From: Tubiluchus corallicola
Lineage: Eukaryota > Animalia > Priapulida
Length of the DNA stretch: 64,000 nt
Reading direction: 5' to 3'
Assembly (NCBI GenBank): GCA_030141605.1
Contig: JAQGDQ010000032.1
Location: 124,001 to 188,000, forward strand
Shown here: piece after piece, positions 12,393 to 56,352 of the stretch
Layout of the letters: every line of letters starts with the position of its first letter
How positions within the stretch are numbered: position 1 is the first letter of the stretch
Notes under the pieces: model-generated
Database searches by the model: none
What the model was told of the DNA's origin: nothing
What the model saw: the letters and a program-made list of their open reading frames with translations, nothing else
Translations under genes and position numbers: made by a program

Positions 12393-15300
12393 CCTGTAAA
12401 GCCGTCCTATTTGATTGACTCTCTTTCCTTTCACTTTCTGTCACTAAGTCACTTATGTCTGGTTCTCTTTTTGTCGTTTCCGAGTGGCTTAAGATAATTA
12501 AAAACATTTAGTATACGCACAAGAGAACTGGTTACTCAAAGATCGTGGAACATTTCTTAATTGGCTGGTAAGTTGATTAATTGATAAATGATTGTTCAAG
12601 CAATATACTTAATAAATAGTGACTTTAATTCACTACTCGTTTGGCTGCTTATCTGGCCATCCAATGTCGACTATCTGGCTGAATGAATGACTAACTGCTT
12701 AAATAGTAAACAGATTGGCAAAATGATTAGCTGGCCGACGAGTCACAACTGACATATTGATTGACTAACAGGCAGACAGACAAACAGACAGACTGGCAGG
12801 CAGATCGACCGACCAGTCGGCTGAATGACTGACTGACTGACTGACTGATTGACTATTTATAACTAATTTATAGGGAAGCAACCTAGCTGTCAACCAATCA
12901 ACCAACTGATCAACTTACAACCCATAAGCCAAAAACTAAGCGCAAAACTATCCATAATCAGAATAGGCCCACACCAAAGTGATGCTGGAAGTGAATTTCA
13001 CAGCAACTAAACGACAGCTCATTTAACACAGTATTAAAACCCTATTCAGTCTTCGTTAAACGTGCAGAATGTCTGCCATATTTGCTCACTTAATGGACTC
13101 TGGCAAACGGGCTTTTGTCTTGTAAACACATAATATGGCTAGACGAGTTTATAAATGTTTATACACTATTTAAACTTGGATGGCTTAAATGTGAATAGAG
13201 ACCTTCGCGGAAACAAGAGAAGTTCTTCCTAAGTTTGAACCCCCTACGTTAATTATTACTGTGGTACTTAACACTATAGAAGTGAAACTTGCTTTTAGCT
13301 ATACAAAGAATAATGTTTGTAGGCCCAGATGCGTTACGGGGATACGCGTCATCGTCACGCTGAATTTCCACTCATTTCAGTCTTTGTCTCCACTTTAGAG
13401 AGTGAATGAGTGAATGACATTATTTTATGCACTTAAATTTGTTTTTTTCTCCAGTTTACCATTAATCTGGGCGCCATCAACACAAGATATTCTTCCTGGT
13501 TCTTAGGCACACCTGCAACCTTAGTAGTAATCGTAACAATGTGTTAATGCCTTCTGTGTATAAGTTTGTTCATTGTAAAGTCTTTAATGTTGTGGATGGA
13601 CACATTCAACTGTATGCTCATGGTAAATTAAATAAAGTCCAATTCTAATTCTAAAATTCCAAATGTGTGGTAAATATGGTTACCGCAATTTATACAGTAA
13701 TAGCATTACTTTCACCAGAGTTTTGCTTATGCAGCTAAGCACATTGCAAATCGCCATCCAGCATTATGCGGTGTCGTATTATCAAAGCCATTACGCCCGA
13801 ATTACTAAAGCCGAAGAGGTATGTTAGCTAATTTGGGTGTACGTATATACCTCTTGCAGTTTATTTCAGGATCTTAACTTTAATGATAGGACATAGGTTT
13901 TAGTCCCGCCATACCGTCTACATTAAGTATATGGTTGAGTGCTGAATTCTGACTTTTATCACGTATGTAACTGACTTCTTTAAGAAATACTTATGCAGCC
14001 GAAGTGATAACCCATTTCCAGCTACCACTTCAATAATTGAATCTTCACTATTTCGTCGTCATGGAAACGATAGAAACCACTAAAACTGGTCTGGATATCT
14101 TATGCGGCTGGTGGGTAATTGGTCTTTGGAAGACGCTTGCACGACTTTACAAAGAAAAATATCCTCGCTGGGTCATAACTCTTTGTCGTTGACGTCGTCT
14201 TCTTTGGCTGTTTAAGCTCATTCAGGAGACAGTAATGAGCTGAACGTCAATTGCAGCTAAATAATTTTGCTGGTGTGACCTTGAAGGCTTCATAAATTTA
14301 GCCACGTCCGCTGTTGCATCCGTGTCCGCTAAGACAGTAGGATTGAATACATGCATGGCGTTTAGCGCTTATGGTTGACTGAGTCGCCTGCAGAGACCAG
14401 TAATTGGTTTACACTGATTGCTGCTCATTATTCCATCTAGTCGTTAAATGGCTGCAACGGAAGCAGGATTTATTGTTAACTAACGTTTTTTTGGTTTTCT
14501 CCTAAATTTTAGTACATTTTCGTGATCTTAGTAGATTTTCGCTGACCCTTCGATGGAGAAATGATTTCACAATGCAAAACTAACTATTTTGGTATTTTAC
14601 ATAAGTCTACTTGCAGAGTACAAGAAACGAATTATTAAGACTCAATTTCTACTATAGCTGTAACAGCGACAGTATAATTGTATTAGCATCAATAAAGGCT
14701 TTCTTTGTGTACCAGATGCGTGGCTGTACGTACAGCGGCTAACCTATTAGGTTTTAAGAGGGATATTTAACTGGTAATCACAAAAAGTAGCAGAACAAAA
14801 AAAAAGAAACTTCTTCAGCAAAACAGAATAAAAAGAAGAAAGATCATAACACACTGATAACATTGGAAATTTTATTATTTTTTACATTTTATTAGTTTTG
14901 TCCCTATCAGAGTTTAAAAATCTATTGCTGAATTAATTTAAGGCCAGCTAATTTGAGTGATTAATTAATTGATTAGGTATAATTTCAAACCACTGTTGGC
15001 TGGATAGCTCTGAAAGATTGTGTACTACTTCAGACGTACCCTGCTAACTCTGGGGCTGATAGCTCAAAAAGTGGCAGGCCATGCAACTTGTAATTGCAAT
15101 GTTCTCGGTTCATGGTTGGCTCGCAATTTTCCTCCTTCAAACATTTAGTCGTTAGGTTAATTGTTGGCTATATATAAGTCGTTAGGTTTATTCAGTTTCT
15201 GGCTTATCACACTAAAAGACTGATTATTTATTAATTTGACTTTAGAGCACCGAAATGACAAAACGAGTTCTTTACTACCGCATTTCCTTAATACGCATGT

Positions 15301-17765
15301 CAAATCAAATTTCCCCCCCTCTCTGTTAAAAAAGAATACCCAGGTCTTTTTAGGTTCTCTCGGTTTGTTCCTCATACTTGACTATAATGCCCGTCTATTA
15401 ACTCCGGACAGTCAGAAACCTAAAGCTGAATAGACACTGAAATTCAGAAACCGCAGCAGACTCCAGTACTACCACGCATGGCAGCCTTTAAAGCTAACTT
15501 TTGATTCAATGAAATGTTTATTGATTTTATTATTCACCTGTTCCCGTGTCGGAAAGTTTACGAAGTTGAGAATTATGCCCCAAATTCTTTTTACGCTCAC
15601 AAAGTCACAATATTTGTACTAGTACGGCTTACGCCGGGCGCATAATACCGCTGCAATGTAAACCACGGTTTTGTCGGCCGGTGTTATTTTTACTATTTCG
15701 TGCATTAGTGAGTCCACAGAGATTTGAGTTTCTTTTTATGTGCTTAAGCCCTGAAGAACAACGTTTTGCTCTACCTCTGTTTAGACGTACAATTATTCAA
15801 GTCAATGTGTAAAAAAAGGTGCATGATGCATGCTCTAATCTAGACAAGGAGGTTCACAGAAATGTACGTATTGTCATGTGTTTTGTATGACTCTAGGTAA
15901 AGTCCAAACAGCGTGAACTTATTTTTGAATATGTAGTTACACGGATTTTAATTAATAAACCCGGATACATAATACTTAGAGGTTTCGTAGAAAGGACATC
16001 CTAAACTTCCTTAGTTTTAATGCGAAAATATGGTGCAGTATTAGAGAGCGATTTTGTTAACATTTTGCACGTCTGGTTCTAATACTGTTATTTGCAGCAC
16101 ATCGTGTTCAACTTCTTTTTTATAGTTTCGTTTTACTCAAATTCAATATTGAAGATTGGTTTTCGCAAAAATGTTCAATAGCCTGCCAGTTTTCATTTGT
16201 AAAATGAACACCAAGTTTTTCGCCATTGTGTAATGTGTAAATTGAGGATGACAGCATATAAGGCAAACTTGGAAATAATCATTTGAGGACATTTTATTTC
16301 TGCGTGGAGACATCTTCACATTTACAATCAGATAAAAACATAGAGAGTTTAAGCAGTTATGTGGTATTTAATGCGCAAAATTCTGAGTCCTGATCCTTCA
16401 GTTTTTATTGATGATCTTTGGCGTTAATAAGCTGTTGGTATTTACGCGGACAGAACGTTTTTTATTTTTTAGTTAGCGACTGCCTTAGTGAAATGGCCTT
16501 TCGTTTTCAAAAGGAAGGGTTGATGAAAAGTATCCATGATATTTAAAAGCAGAAAACAATATGGCAACCTACATAATTTCTTTTCGAGAATTTCTGATCT
16601 TAAGAATTTTGTTTTGCCAGTGCTCCATCCATATGCAGTCAGTAAAAAGAGAGCAGTTAAGCGTTCTTTCACAGAGAATAGACATTTTTCATTGTATGCA
16701 ACAGGTAAAACATCTAACCTTGAAGGTCATTGTCCAGCCCGAGGGTACCTGCAAAGAACAGCGGTCAGCAGAGATGGGAACAGCAGCTTCAATGCAAATC
16801 AACATGCCTTTTTAATACTACCCAAGTCTTTAGCTGCTTGGACAAGTTAAACAAGTATATAAGCTCAATATATTTGAAGCCATAACGTTGACCATCCAAT
16901 TTTGATAGATGAAAATCGAACTGCTTATGTTGGCACATGCACACCAGAGACGGTAAGAAAAACACGAAGCGGAAACGTCTCTTCCCAAATAAATCATTGC
17001 GCAATCATAATAACTTTAGGCTAACTTAGAAAAATCTTGCAGACAAAAATAATATTAGCGAAAATTAGAAAATGAAGATGATAAGAACGGCTAAAATGTT
17101 TAAATTCATATTTATGATATGGTTGTGAGCATGTAGGCTATAGTACAGGCTTGCGATTTTCCACAGCCTCCATACTCAGCCATGAAGTAATGCTAATGCG
17201 ACACACGTCTCCCAATGCCAATACTGAAAGCTGTCAAAAAGTCATAAAGAAAACCACGTGCGCTTAGAAAAACTTCCTAAAGAAAATTTGGCCGTTGTTG
17301 TGGCAGAGATGGTCAATTCCCAGCAAAAATTTCAATCTCAATTGAAAACTTGAGATACACGTGATTTGTTTGCTAACACATTAATTTATCTGGGATTCAA
17401 TCTCAATGTTGACGTAAAAATTCACACACGTCCAAGTCCTTTTGAACAATCTACCAATTCTTTAGCCTCCTAACATATTTAGTAAAGAAACTGTGTTGTG
17501 ATTTACTCTGTTTTATTTTTCTTAAAATGTTTCCTAAACTTTGCTAAGAATATTCGTTTTTGGAAAATTTCGTGTTTTCACGTGTTAAGTAGAACACTTT
17601 ACAGTTACAGGCCTACACAATAATTAGTATTATACAATATTTACATAGCCAAGGGTCAGTTATTCGCTCAGTCAGTCAGTCGGTTGGTCGGTTAGTCAGT
17701 TTGTTGGTTGATTAATTGGTTGGCCTGTCGGTCACTCTTTCGCGCTGTTAGTTAATCAGTTACCT

Positions 17766-17870
17766 AGTCAGTCAGTCAGTCAGTCAGTCAGTCAGTCAGT
17801 CAGTCAGTCAGTCAGTCAGTCAGTCAGTCAGTCAGTCAGTCAGTCAGTCAGTCAGTATGTCAGTCAGTCA
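17766..17870. repeat. (CAGT)n microsatellite
   Basis: Tetranucleotide array. Confidence 0.95.
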
Positions 17871-18855
17871 GGCGAACAAGAAGGCAAGCAGCAGAAGGCA
17901 AGCAGACAGGTTTTCATGCGGGCAGACCAGCTGTCTGTCTGTCTGACAGGCAAATAAGGAGGCAGCGTAGATTCTCTTGGAAGTTGGAACATTTCTTTTG
18001 CTGGACGATTGTGTAGACAAAACATCGATTTCGTTTAAAGTCGTCGTTGAGCTAAGTTGTCATTCCAAACTCTCTAGTGACCCATCTATCTTCACATGTG
18101 CTTGCTGCATCAATACTGCCCTGGAATTCCATTTGGAAAGTTGCTTAGTGGTGACTTCTGCATTATGACTTCTCCTGTATGTAATCAAATTATGCGGCCT
18201 GACTAGAGATGTCCAGCCATGGCAGTCAATTTTTCATGCGTCTACTAAATCTTGATGTTTTATCCTTTTAATTTTTACGTTGTCTTTAAATTGCCCGCCG
18301 CTTGGGGAAGAGTGCAGGAGCTTGGATGTTTGGAACTGGAACGTGTTCGCTGGGATGCTTGGCCGAACGTGGAATCAGGCAGAAAGCAAAACAATTTTTT
18401 AACACATCCAGATTAAGTAAGTGAGTAAATTCTTGTAGGAGTGTTTCCCGACGCACATAGGTATGTGCAATTGTGCATACATGTATACATTCCTAGTTTA
18501 TCTATCTTTTCCTATCTACGCGCAAGCTCACTTACTTGTTACATGTTTAACCAGTACATTCAAATTGTTTTTACGTGTATCTACTTTGTGTGTTTGTTTT
18601 TGTTTTTTGTTTTTCTTGAGCGAACAACAAACTTGTGTTGCTGTGCATACTCTCAGTAAAATTAACTCAAATAAATGCTGCTGTTGAGGCTGTAAGCACT
18701 GGCCGTTCCAATAAACAGGGCTGCATGACCATTCCATGGACCCTCTTAGTCCATCTAATACATCATCTTGTCTCTCTTGAGGTAGCCGCGTTGCATGTCA
18801 ATCAATATTACCGGAATTGGAATCATTTTGTCGAGCGGGCGAGAGGAAATCAGTC

Positions 18856-49770
<30,915 letters not shown>

Positions 49771-50170
49771 TACTTTTATCTAGTCCTACATCACCATAGT
49801 TTTAGGTCTATGAACATTCCTGGAAGAAAAGTAATGAGTAAGCTGAAACCCAGTACCAGTTTGCTGGTTGCATCTAGTTCACGGCAATAAGAAGATTTTT
49901 GTACAGTTAAATATCATATTGATAGTTGTCGTTGTAAAAATGAGGTTTTAATGTATATAAACAATGAGGTAAAATTTGCCTAGTTTTGAACTTTATGGTC
50001 GCTGGCTTCTAACATGAGACTCTATAGTTAGAGTTGCAAAACTTAGAATCCAGAAACTTAGAAAACGTGAGCGGTTGTATTAAGTCGTAATTATTAATTG
50101 TGCTGTACAATGACAAGGATAAGTTTAGTAATCAATTGTACAGTTGCCCCATATATTAATGATGATTATC

Positions 50171-50176
50171 AATAAA
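50171..50176 (+). terminator. Candidate polyadenylation signal of the ADAMTSL gene
   Basis: AATAAA ~400 nt after the stop codon. Alternatives at 50871 and ~51120. Confidence 0.4.
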
Positions 50177-52315
50177 AATATAGATTCAGCAGCTACAGTC
50201 TCTCTTATTCACTATTTAATCAACCGCTTGATTTTCAGTGGGTCTCTAACAGATGTACTCAAGTTGTTTATAAGTTGTGCTATTTAACTATTACTCACTG
50301 ATGAAAATTACTCATGGACTGCATTTACTAAACGATGTAAATAGTCTACCTCCAAAATTAACTCTTTAAGCTATATATCCCAGTTTGTTGAAGTGAAACT
50401 AGTTTGCATGAGTGATGGATCTCGTAAATTAATCCCTGCAGTGTTCAATAGTTCAGCATAAAGTTAAGTAAGGGATGAAATTTTGGAAATTAGTCTAGAA
50501 ATATTAAATTCTGGGAACCTTGTTGACATTGTGATGCATTTTTACAAGGTCTTAACTAAAGCATTTTATTTTACAGTTGTGTTAGTGATAATGAATAATG
50601 AGTGGTATGTGTAGACTTCACAGGAATACACGATAGCATAGCGTTATTACAGTATTTATTACTGTTATTGTCACTGTTAAATATGCTCTGTACTGCATGA
50701 CCATCAATGTTGTAAACCTATTTAACAAATATTCCTTTTAATGTAGAAAATAACTGTATAGCTCTTATGTATTTATTATCATATTTATAGCAATGTGTCT
50801 AATATTTATGATCATTCGACAATAATTATTTGTATGTTGCATGTCAATGCGTTGCTTTTAACTATTGCCTAATAAATGCACACGTTTGTCTGTTTTCCAC
50901 GCTTGTCAGTTAAGTGTATTGCCTTATTTTATTCATTTTTGTCTTTTATCAAATATTATTTTTACGGTTAGACACTGCGCTTAATATTACAGTATTGAAG
51001 AGGAAGTTTATTATGTACATAAGTAAGACGTTTTACTGTAGATTTGACAAATTTATTAATAATATTTATTGATAGTTGTATACAAATGTATGGAATGTTG
51101 TTTTATTTGTGTATTGTACAATAAATCTTGCTTTATGTTGCAGCTGCTGTTATTTAGAACTAAACCACGTTTGTAAGGACTATTATGAACATGCATTGGA
51201 TGGTGGCGCCGTCTATTAACAGAAAGTGTAGAACTTCATGTAAAATTTTTCAGAATGAATGTATTTGCCCGATAAATATTTTAATAAATTGTAACTACGC
51301 TCAAAACGGCGAAGGCGTTGCAATGTCGGCAGATTGCCAGACGAGTGTGGTTTGTAAGTTGTCAAGGCACGTGAATGCTGTAATGTGATTAAAATCACCA
51401 AAATTTATTACGGAGGGCGTTTCTTTTCTAACGAACTGATATATCGTCATAATAGTTGCCATGCATCTGGTTAAGTAGGCTAATGTTCGTGTTCCTGAAT
51501 CTTTTGATGATGATTTTGTTTCACATGTATGAAAAGGAGAAGTGCTAGTCCCTTTGGTGTTCATCATCCTTGTGGAGCTAAAAATTTATCAAATTACTAG
51601 GCACAGTTTCGTTAATACAAGTAATCGTACAGTAGTTTAGGGCAGAACTAAGTGTAACCTAAAAGCAGGGTCAAATTGTGAAATGTAAAAACAGATGAAA
51701 ATTTTCAGAAACGAGGTCGTGTGTTACGAGCTACGTAAAAGTTGCGTTTAATGGTTTGTTATGTTCACGTAAGTTTTTTGAATTCAAATTTGGTAGATAA
51801 AAATTGATTCATATGTTCGTAATTCTCATTCATAAACCAAGAAAGAAAGTGTTTTTTGGCATTACTGTATATTTTCAAAAAGAAACTGTGAATTGTAATT
51901 CTGTTTCATGTTACTGTAATAAAACACGATAGCTGACTTAAATATCTTTTGTAGGCTGCATTAATATAACGAAACTTAAAAAAAACCTTTGTTCACAGTT
52001 AGCACTCACTAGCAAAATTATTTCCTAAACTTTGTGGCTTTTATGCGGAGTGTACAATGACATAAAGCATCCGTATAATTAATGCCGATGGTATAGGCTT
52101 AATATATATATATATATATATATAATCAACAATGCGTGAACATCCTACCTAGTGTTCGTTTGTTTACCTAACGCAAAGCCAGCAGCAGCTTTTACTGAAT
52201 TAAAGTTATAAGGTTATAGGCAGAATATAATGGATGACGTCAAGACAATGGCTTTGCGTCAGCAGTTTTCCAAGCGAAAATTGCCAAAAATGGAATATCT
52301 AATTAACTCATATAA

Positions 52316-52317
<2 letters not shown>

Positions 52318-52349
<32 letters not shown>

Positions 52350-52756
52350 ATTCGAGGCTACAGCTCACGTTTGCGGCGATCTATATATCAAACGAAATGC
52401 CTCGACCCCGGGACGAACGGGGTGCAAAAACCTCCAAAATGGCAATTTTTCGGCCGTTTTTTGCAAAACGTATACTTCTTATTTCTGGAGAACGGGAACG
52501 GGCCGGGGGCGATACCGGCCGTGGATGGATAGCCCGTTCAACGGTGGGTGTAGTAGGCGTGTTTAGATTTCGCAGGAGGGCCACGGCGTCCCATAACGGG
52601 CGTTTTCCCCGGCCCAACTCCCAATTTTTTCGAAATCTTAGCCAAACAACATGCGGAAAAACCATTCTAGTTATAAATAAGGACTATGTAGGATGTTCGC
52701 GTATTATTGATTATAAGTGTATTTATACGCAATTTTTGGGGGGGGGCTTTTGCTAG
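52318..52756 (+). mobile_element. Probable non-autonomous Helitron-like element
   Basis: GC/CpG-rich ~440 bp island in AT-rich DNA. It starts in a (TA)n run, ends in CTAG followed by T (52753-52757), and has a subterminal inverted pair GCGTAT...ATACGC. No protein similarity is evident in the overlapping ORFs. Confidence 0.45.
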
Positions 52757-53524
52757 TGTATATTAATTTACCTAGCTCTGGTTAGCCATTGTAAGGTAAA
52801 TAAGATTAGAAATGAATGTTGCATTCTATTTGTTTTTAATATTCTGTAGTAACCATTATGATTATTATAGTCAAACTGTAGAACGCTCACAATTATGGAA
52901 ATTAGAAAAGTGCTGAAAAGAAATTAAAATGCGAATTTCATTAATAGAGAAGGCTCTGGGTTCAAATATGGGCTGCACAGAAAACTTTTCTTAATTGAAA
53001 TATCTTACACGCGTTAATGCGACATAGCAAGCTGTACGCAGTGCTAGCACCTAGTTACCAGCACTGTCTGTGACTTATGTAACATTCTTATGTTTGTTAA
53101 CTCTCAGAAACTTGCAGTTTCTTGCATTCGGACGATTCATTGCTCAAAGTAGGAAAACTGGCACAGTTTTAAAACAATATTTCTGTTATACATAAAGACA
53201 GCCTAAGTAATAAAGTTCCAGCTTCTCTGCAATATGAAACGCATTACTGATCATTCTGTCTCCTGCTGAACTTTCCTCTAGACCACACATCCTCGAAGCT
53301 TAAACACTCATAATTACTGAGTTCCATTTCTGGGTTAAACTGATAAATCGAGCAAGCGTAGAGGGTGGTGCAACAGAGATTAACAGATAAGCAACAGAGG
53401 AGGCGTTTACAAACTATATCATTGCTATTTCAGGCTGTGGCAGTGAACCTGAAAATTGTGAGCGAGTTTTCTCTCTTCTGCAATCCATCAGTTTTTATTT
53501 CATATTATTATTATTATTATTATT

Positions 53525-54997
53525 ATGGCTTCTTCTTGTAGTTACATCGTGTGTCTCTGCTGTTTCGTGGCGTGTTGTTCAGCCATGACGAAAGAATGGC
53601 TTCCAAACTTCAACTTTGAGACAAGGCGAGTCTGGAGTACCGGTTCTGTTCCGTGCGGTTCAGATCAGGTTATTTTTCCAACGAACGAGACGGTATCCTT
53701 AACTATAGATCATTCGCACAATGTTTCAGAACTACTTTTACCAGTGCAAGGTGAACTGACGCTCAAGTCTGGTACAGTGTTGTCTGCATTTGATGGCACT
53801 CTTGAAAATAACTGTCTGGGTAGATCTGTTTATCAGCCTTCGCTTAGAGAATGGTTTAACCCGGACAACTGGCTAGCTCCCAACAAATCATTGCTTCTCG
53901 ATACGGAACGTGTTCCTTGTAGCAACGATGAAGTTTCTTTTCCAAAGCCGTCTATTTTCGTCAATTTGGACAATACTTTATCAGTTCGTGTTTCGTCTGT
54001 TTCCATATTTGGATCTGCATTAAATGCGAAGAATTTTAAACAGTTTCTGAGTTCTCTGACAGGTCGCGCTAGCTTCGCTTACAAAGGACAAAAGCCTAAC
54101 TTGATTGTTACAGGAAATTCATGTGGTGATCAGACAGGGTGTGCTTGTGGTAACGATTCTCCTGGCATTAAGGCTAAAATCTGTTCACTGAAGGCTTGTG
54201 ACAATGCCCCCTGCAAGGATGCCATTATTCCTGTGGGAAACTGTTGCCCCGTGTGTGGTTCGGCCGTAATGATATCTTATGGCAGTGGATTCCGCATGCA
54301 AAACATCTATGACATTCTAGAAAACGTCACAGATTATGAAAATATTACCAAAGATGTGGACACCATTGTGTCGAAACTTACAGATAAAAAAGTCCAAGTA
54401 TTTTTTACTCAGTGGTCTCCCAAAGTTGACGCGTTTGTGCACTTTTTACAAGATTCGGATATTAAACGATACGGAATTACTGGATACACCCTTACCGCTT
54501 CTGGAAGGCCCCTAAGTCCCCAAGCTCAAACAGGCTTGAAACCAGGAGGTGTTGCAGGAGTAGTTGTCATGGTCATTTTTGTCCTTCTTTTTGCTGTTTT
54601 AGCAATGGCGGTATTCAGTCGTGCCAAACATACTGTACCACGTATTACCACAAGATTCCGAGCTTTCTTTAGGAAGGACACAGATGATCTGGAAAGCGTA
54701 ATCTCGGACCAGTTTGAAACAAAGCCACAGTATGACGTGCCAGAAGTTGGCACGTACAAGGGTTTTGAGAATCCAGTGTATGAGACACCACCAGCAGTAG
54801 TTGATGTCACGGCAATGGTTGATTTTCCCAGCCTGTCCATGGATTTGAAGCTAAGTCATGATACAGCATCATGCTCTGGTGTTCCAGATAGTCCAGTTAT
54901 AGAGGTAAATTTGGAAAAGTCTGAAGAGAAAGACGATGAGAAAGAAGATCGTTCAGATAAAAAAGAGCAGATTGATGATGGCGAAAGTGTCATATAA
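53525..54997 (+). CDS. AMN: Protein amnionless homologue (cubilin partner, type I membrane protein), 490 aa, CDS in a single exon
   Basis: Signal peptide; N-terminal 'KEWLPNFNFE...W....VPC..D.VIFP' and second repeat 'WFNPDNW...LLDTERVPCSNDEVSFP'; 'CGDQTGCACGN...IC...C..PC...IIPVGNCCPVCG' vWC-like module; SEA-like region; TM helix (GVAGVVVMVIFVLLFAVLAMAVF); cytoplasmic FENPVY endocytosis motif. Confidence 0.93.
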   Translation: MASSCSYIVCLCCFVACCSAMTKEWLPNFNFETRRVWSTGSVPCGSDQVIFPTNETVSLTIDHSHNVSELLLPVQGELTLKSGTVLSAFDGTLENNCLGRSVYQPSLREWFNPDNWLAPNKSLLLDTERVPCSNDEVSFPKPSIFVNLDNTLSVRVSSVSIFGSALNAKNFKQFLSSLTGRASFAYKGQKPNLIVTGNSCGDQTGCACGNDSPGIKAKICSLKACDNAPCKDAIIPVGNCCPVCGSAVMISYGSGFRMQNIYDILENVTDYENITKDVDTIVSKLTDKKVQVFFTQWSPKVDAFVHFLQDSDIKRYGITGYTLTASGRPLSPQAQTGLKPGGVAGVVVMVIFVLLFAVLAMAVFSRAKHTVPRITTRFRAFFRKDTDDLESVISDQFETKPQYDVPEVGTYKGFENPVYETPPAVVDVTAMVDFPSLSMDLKLSHDTASCSGVPDSPVIEVNLEKSEEKDDEKEDRSDKKEQIDDGESVI

Positions 54998-55374
54998 ATG
55001 TATGAACAGGATGGACAGGGTGGAATGGATGGAAGAATAGGCGTGTTGAAAACAGTTTGCCATTAATGTTTCAATTATTTTACAGTTTGAAATAGAATCT
55101 GTATAGCTGCCACAACCACACTGCTGTTTTGTGTAAATTTACACTGAATGACAAAGTATAAAGTGACGTAGAATCGTTACCCAAAACCACGAACTTGTAA
55201 ATTAAGTTTGTGGTTACTTACTAGTAAAGCTCGTAAAAAGCAATATTTTGCATGTAACTATAATTGTGTAATCTGCTCTGGTATTAACAGTTTGCGTTGA
55301 TTAATTTATAAGCACTCAAATTCAACATGTCAAGAGTGCCTTTTTACTATAAGAATGTAGATTAGAGGCCTTAT

Positions 55375-55380
55375 AATAAA
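55375..55380 (+). terminator. Candidate polyadenylation signal of AMN
   Basis: AATAAA ~380 nt downstream of the stop codon. Confidence 0.45.
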
Positions 55381-56352
55381 AACAATATAATTAGTAAAAT
55401 TACTCATTACTATTATTAATAATTAAGTAACATCGATATAATTACTAGTCTTTTTTTGTTTATTTGTTAATCAGCGTTTACTGTGCAATGTTTGGAAACC
55501 AATAATGGCTTGATGCGAATTCAACGGGTATTTGAAATAACACCCCTGAATAACGTAATATGCTTACATATAGAGAAGCACAGTATTTATAATAATGCAA
55601 AAGTTGGTGAAAATTCGAAATTGTTAGGTGATTGAAGTTGTGATTTTTGTGCGAAAGTATGTACGTAAACAATTATTCAGTTTAATTACTGAACATTTCT
55701 CATAGTAAGTGTTATAGTAATGTACAATGAAATGCATGAAATAAAGAAGACTTGTTAACCAATAATCGTCGCTTGTTTACTAGAAAATCGCATAATAACG
55801 TGCTTTAAGTGAAAGGAAAAAATAAAAGAAAAGTGCAGAATTTTATTAATTAAATTTAGTAATTCAGACATGTAACCACAGATAATACGTGTTTTAGTGC
55901 GTGTACAGACTTTCCCCTGAAAAAAACCAATATCTGCGGTCACGTCAGTATGAAATACAAAAGGAAGACATTAGCGAAATTGTCTGTAAATGTCAATATT
56001 GCCGATGAATTTCCCATCTGTAAATTTTTTTTGCTTATGATTTTATTCTCAACCCGAAGTCTTATCTGACGCCAATAGACAATGTTAAACAAAATAGAGT
56101 GAATAAAATAATAAAAATAATTACAAATAATTATAAGAATTCTTACGATTTATTGTTGTACACACAATTCATGAGGTTTTAGCTAGATTTCGAAATAAAA
56201 CTAGTTTTACGCAATATAGTATGACTAACAAGAACGTTTAAAAGTTTGTAGTTTCTGAAGTTGGTAGATCACCTTGGCAACAATACGTGACATCATTAAG
56301 TGCTCTTAATTTCAATATTTCATTAAAAAAGGCTTGTAGAACGTCGAATCGT

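Noticed and set aside
18290-18420. Possible non-coding first exon of the ADAMTSL gene (donor-like gtaagt/gtgagt at ~18417-18426)
   Set aside because: Plausible, but no clear core promoter was seen and UTR exons cannot be verified by frame. It needs transcript data.
52381-52756. Arg/Gly-rich ORFs on both strands
   Set aside because: A by-product of high GC content in a probable non-coding mobile element.
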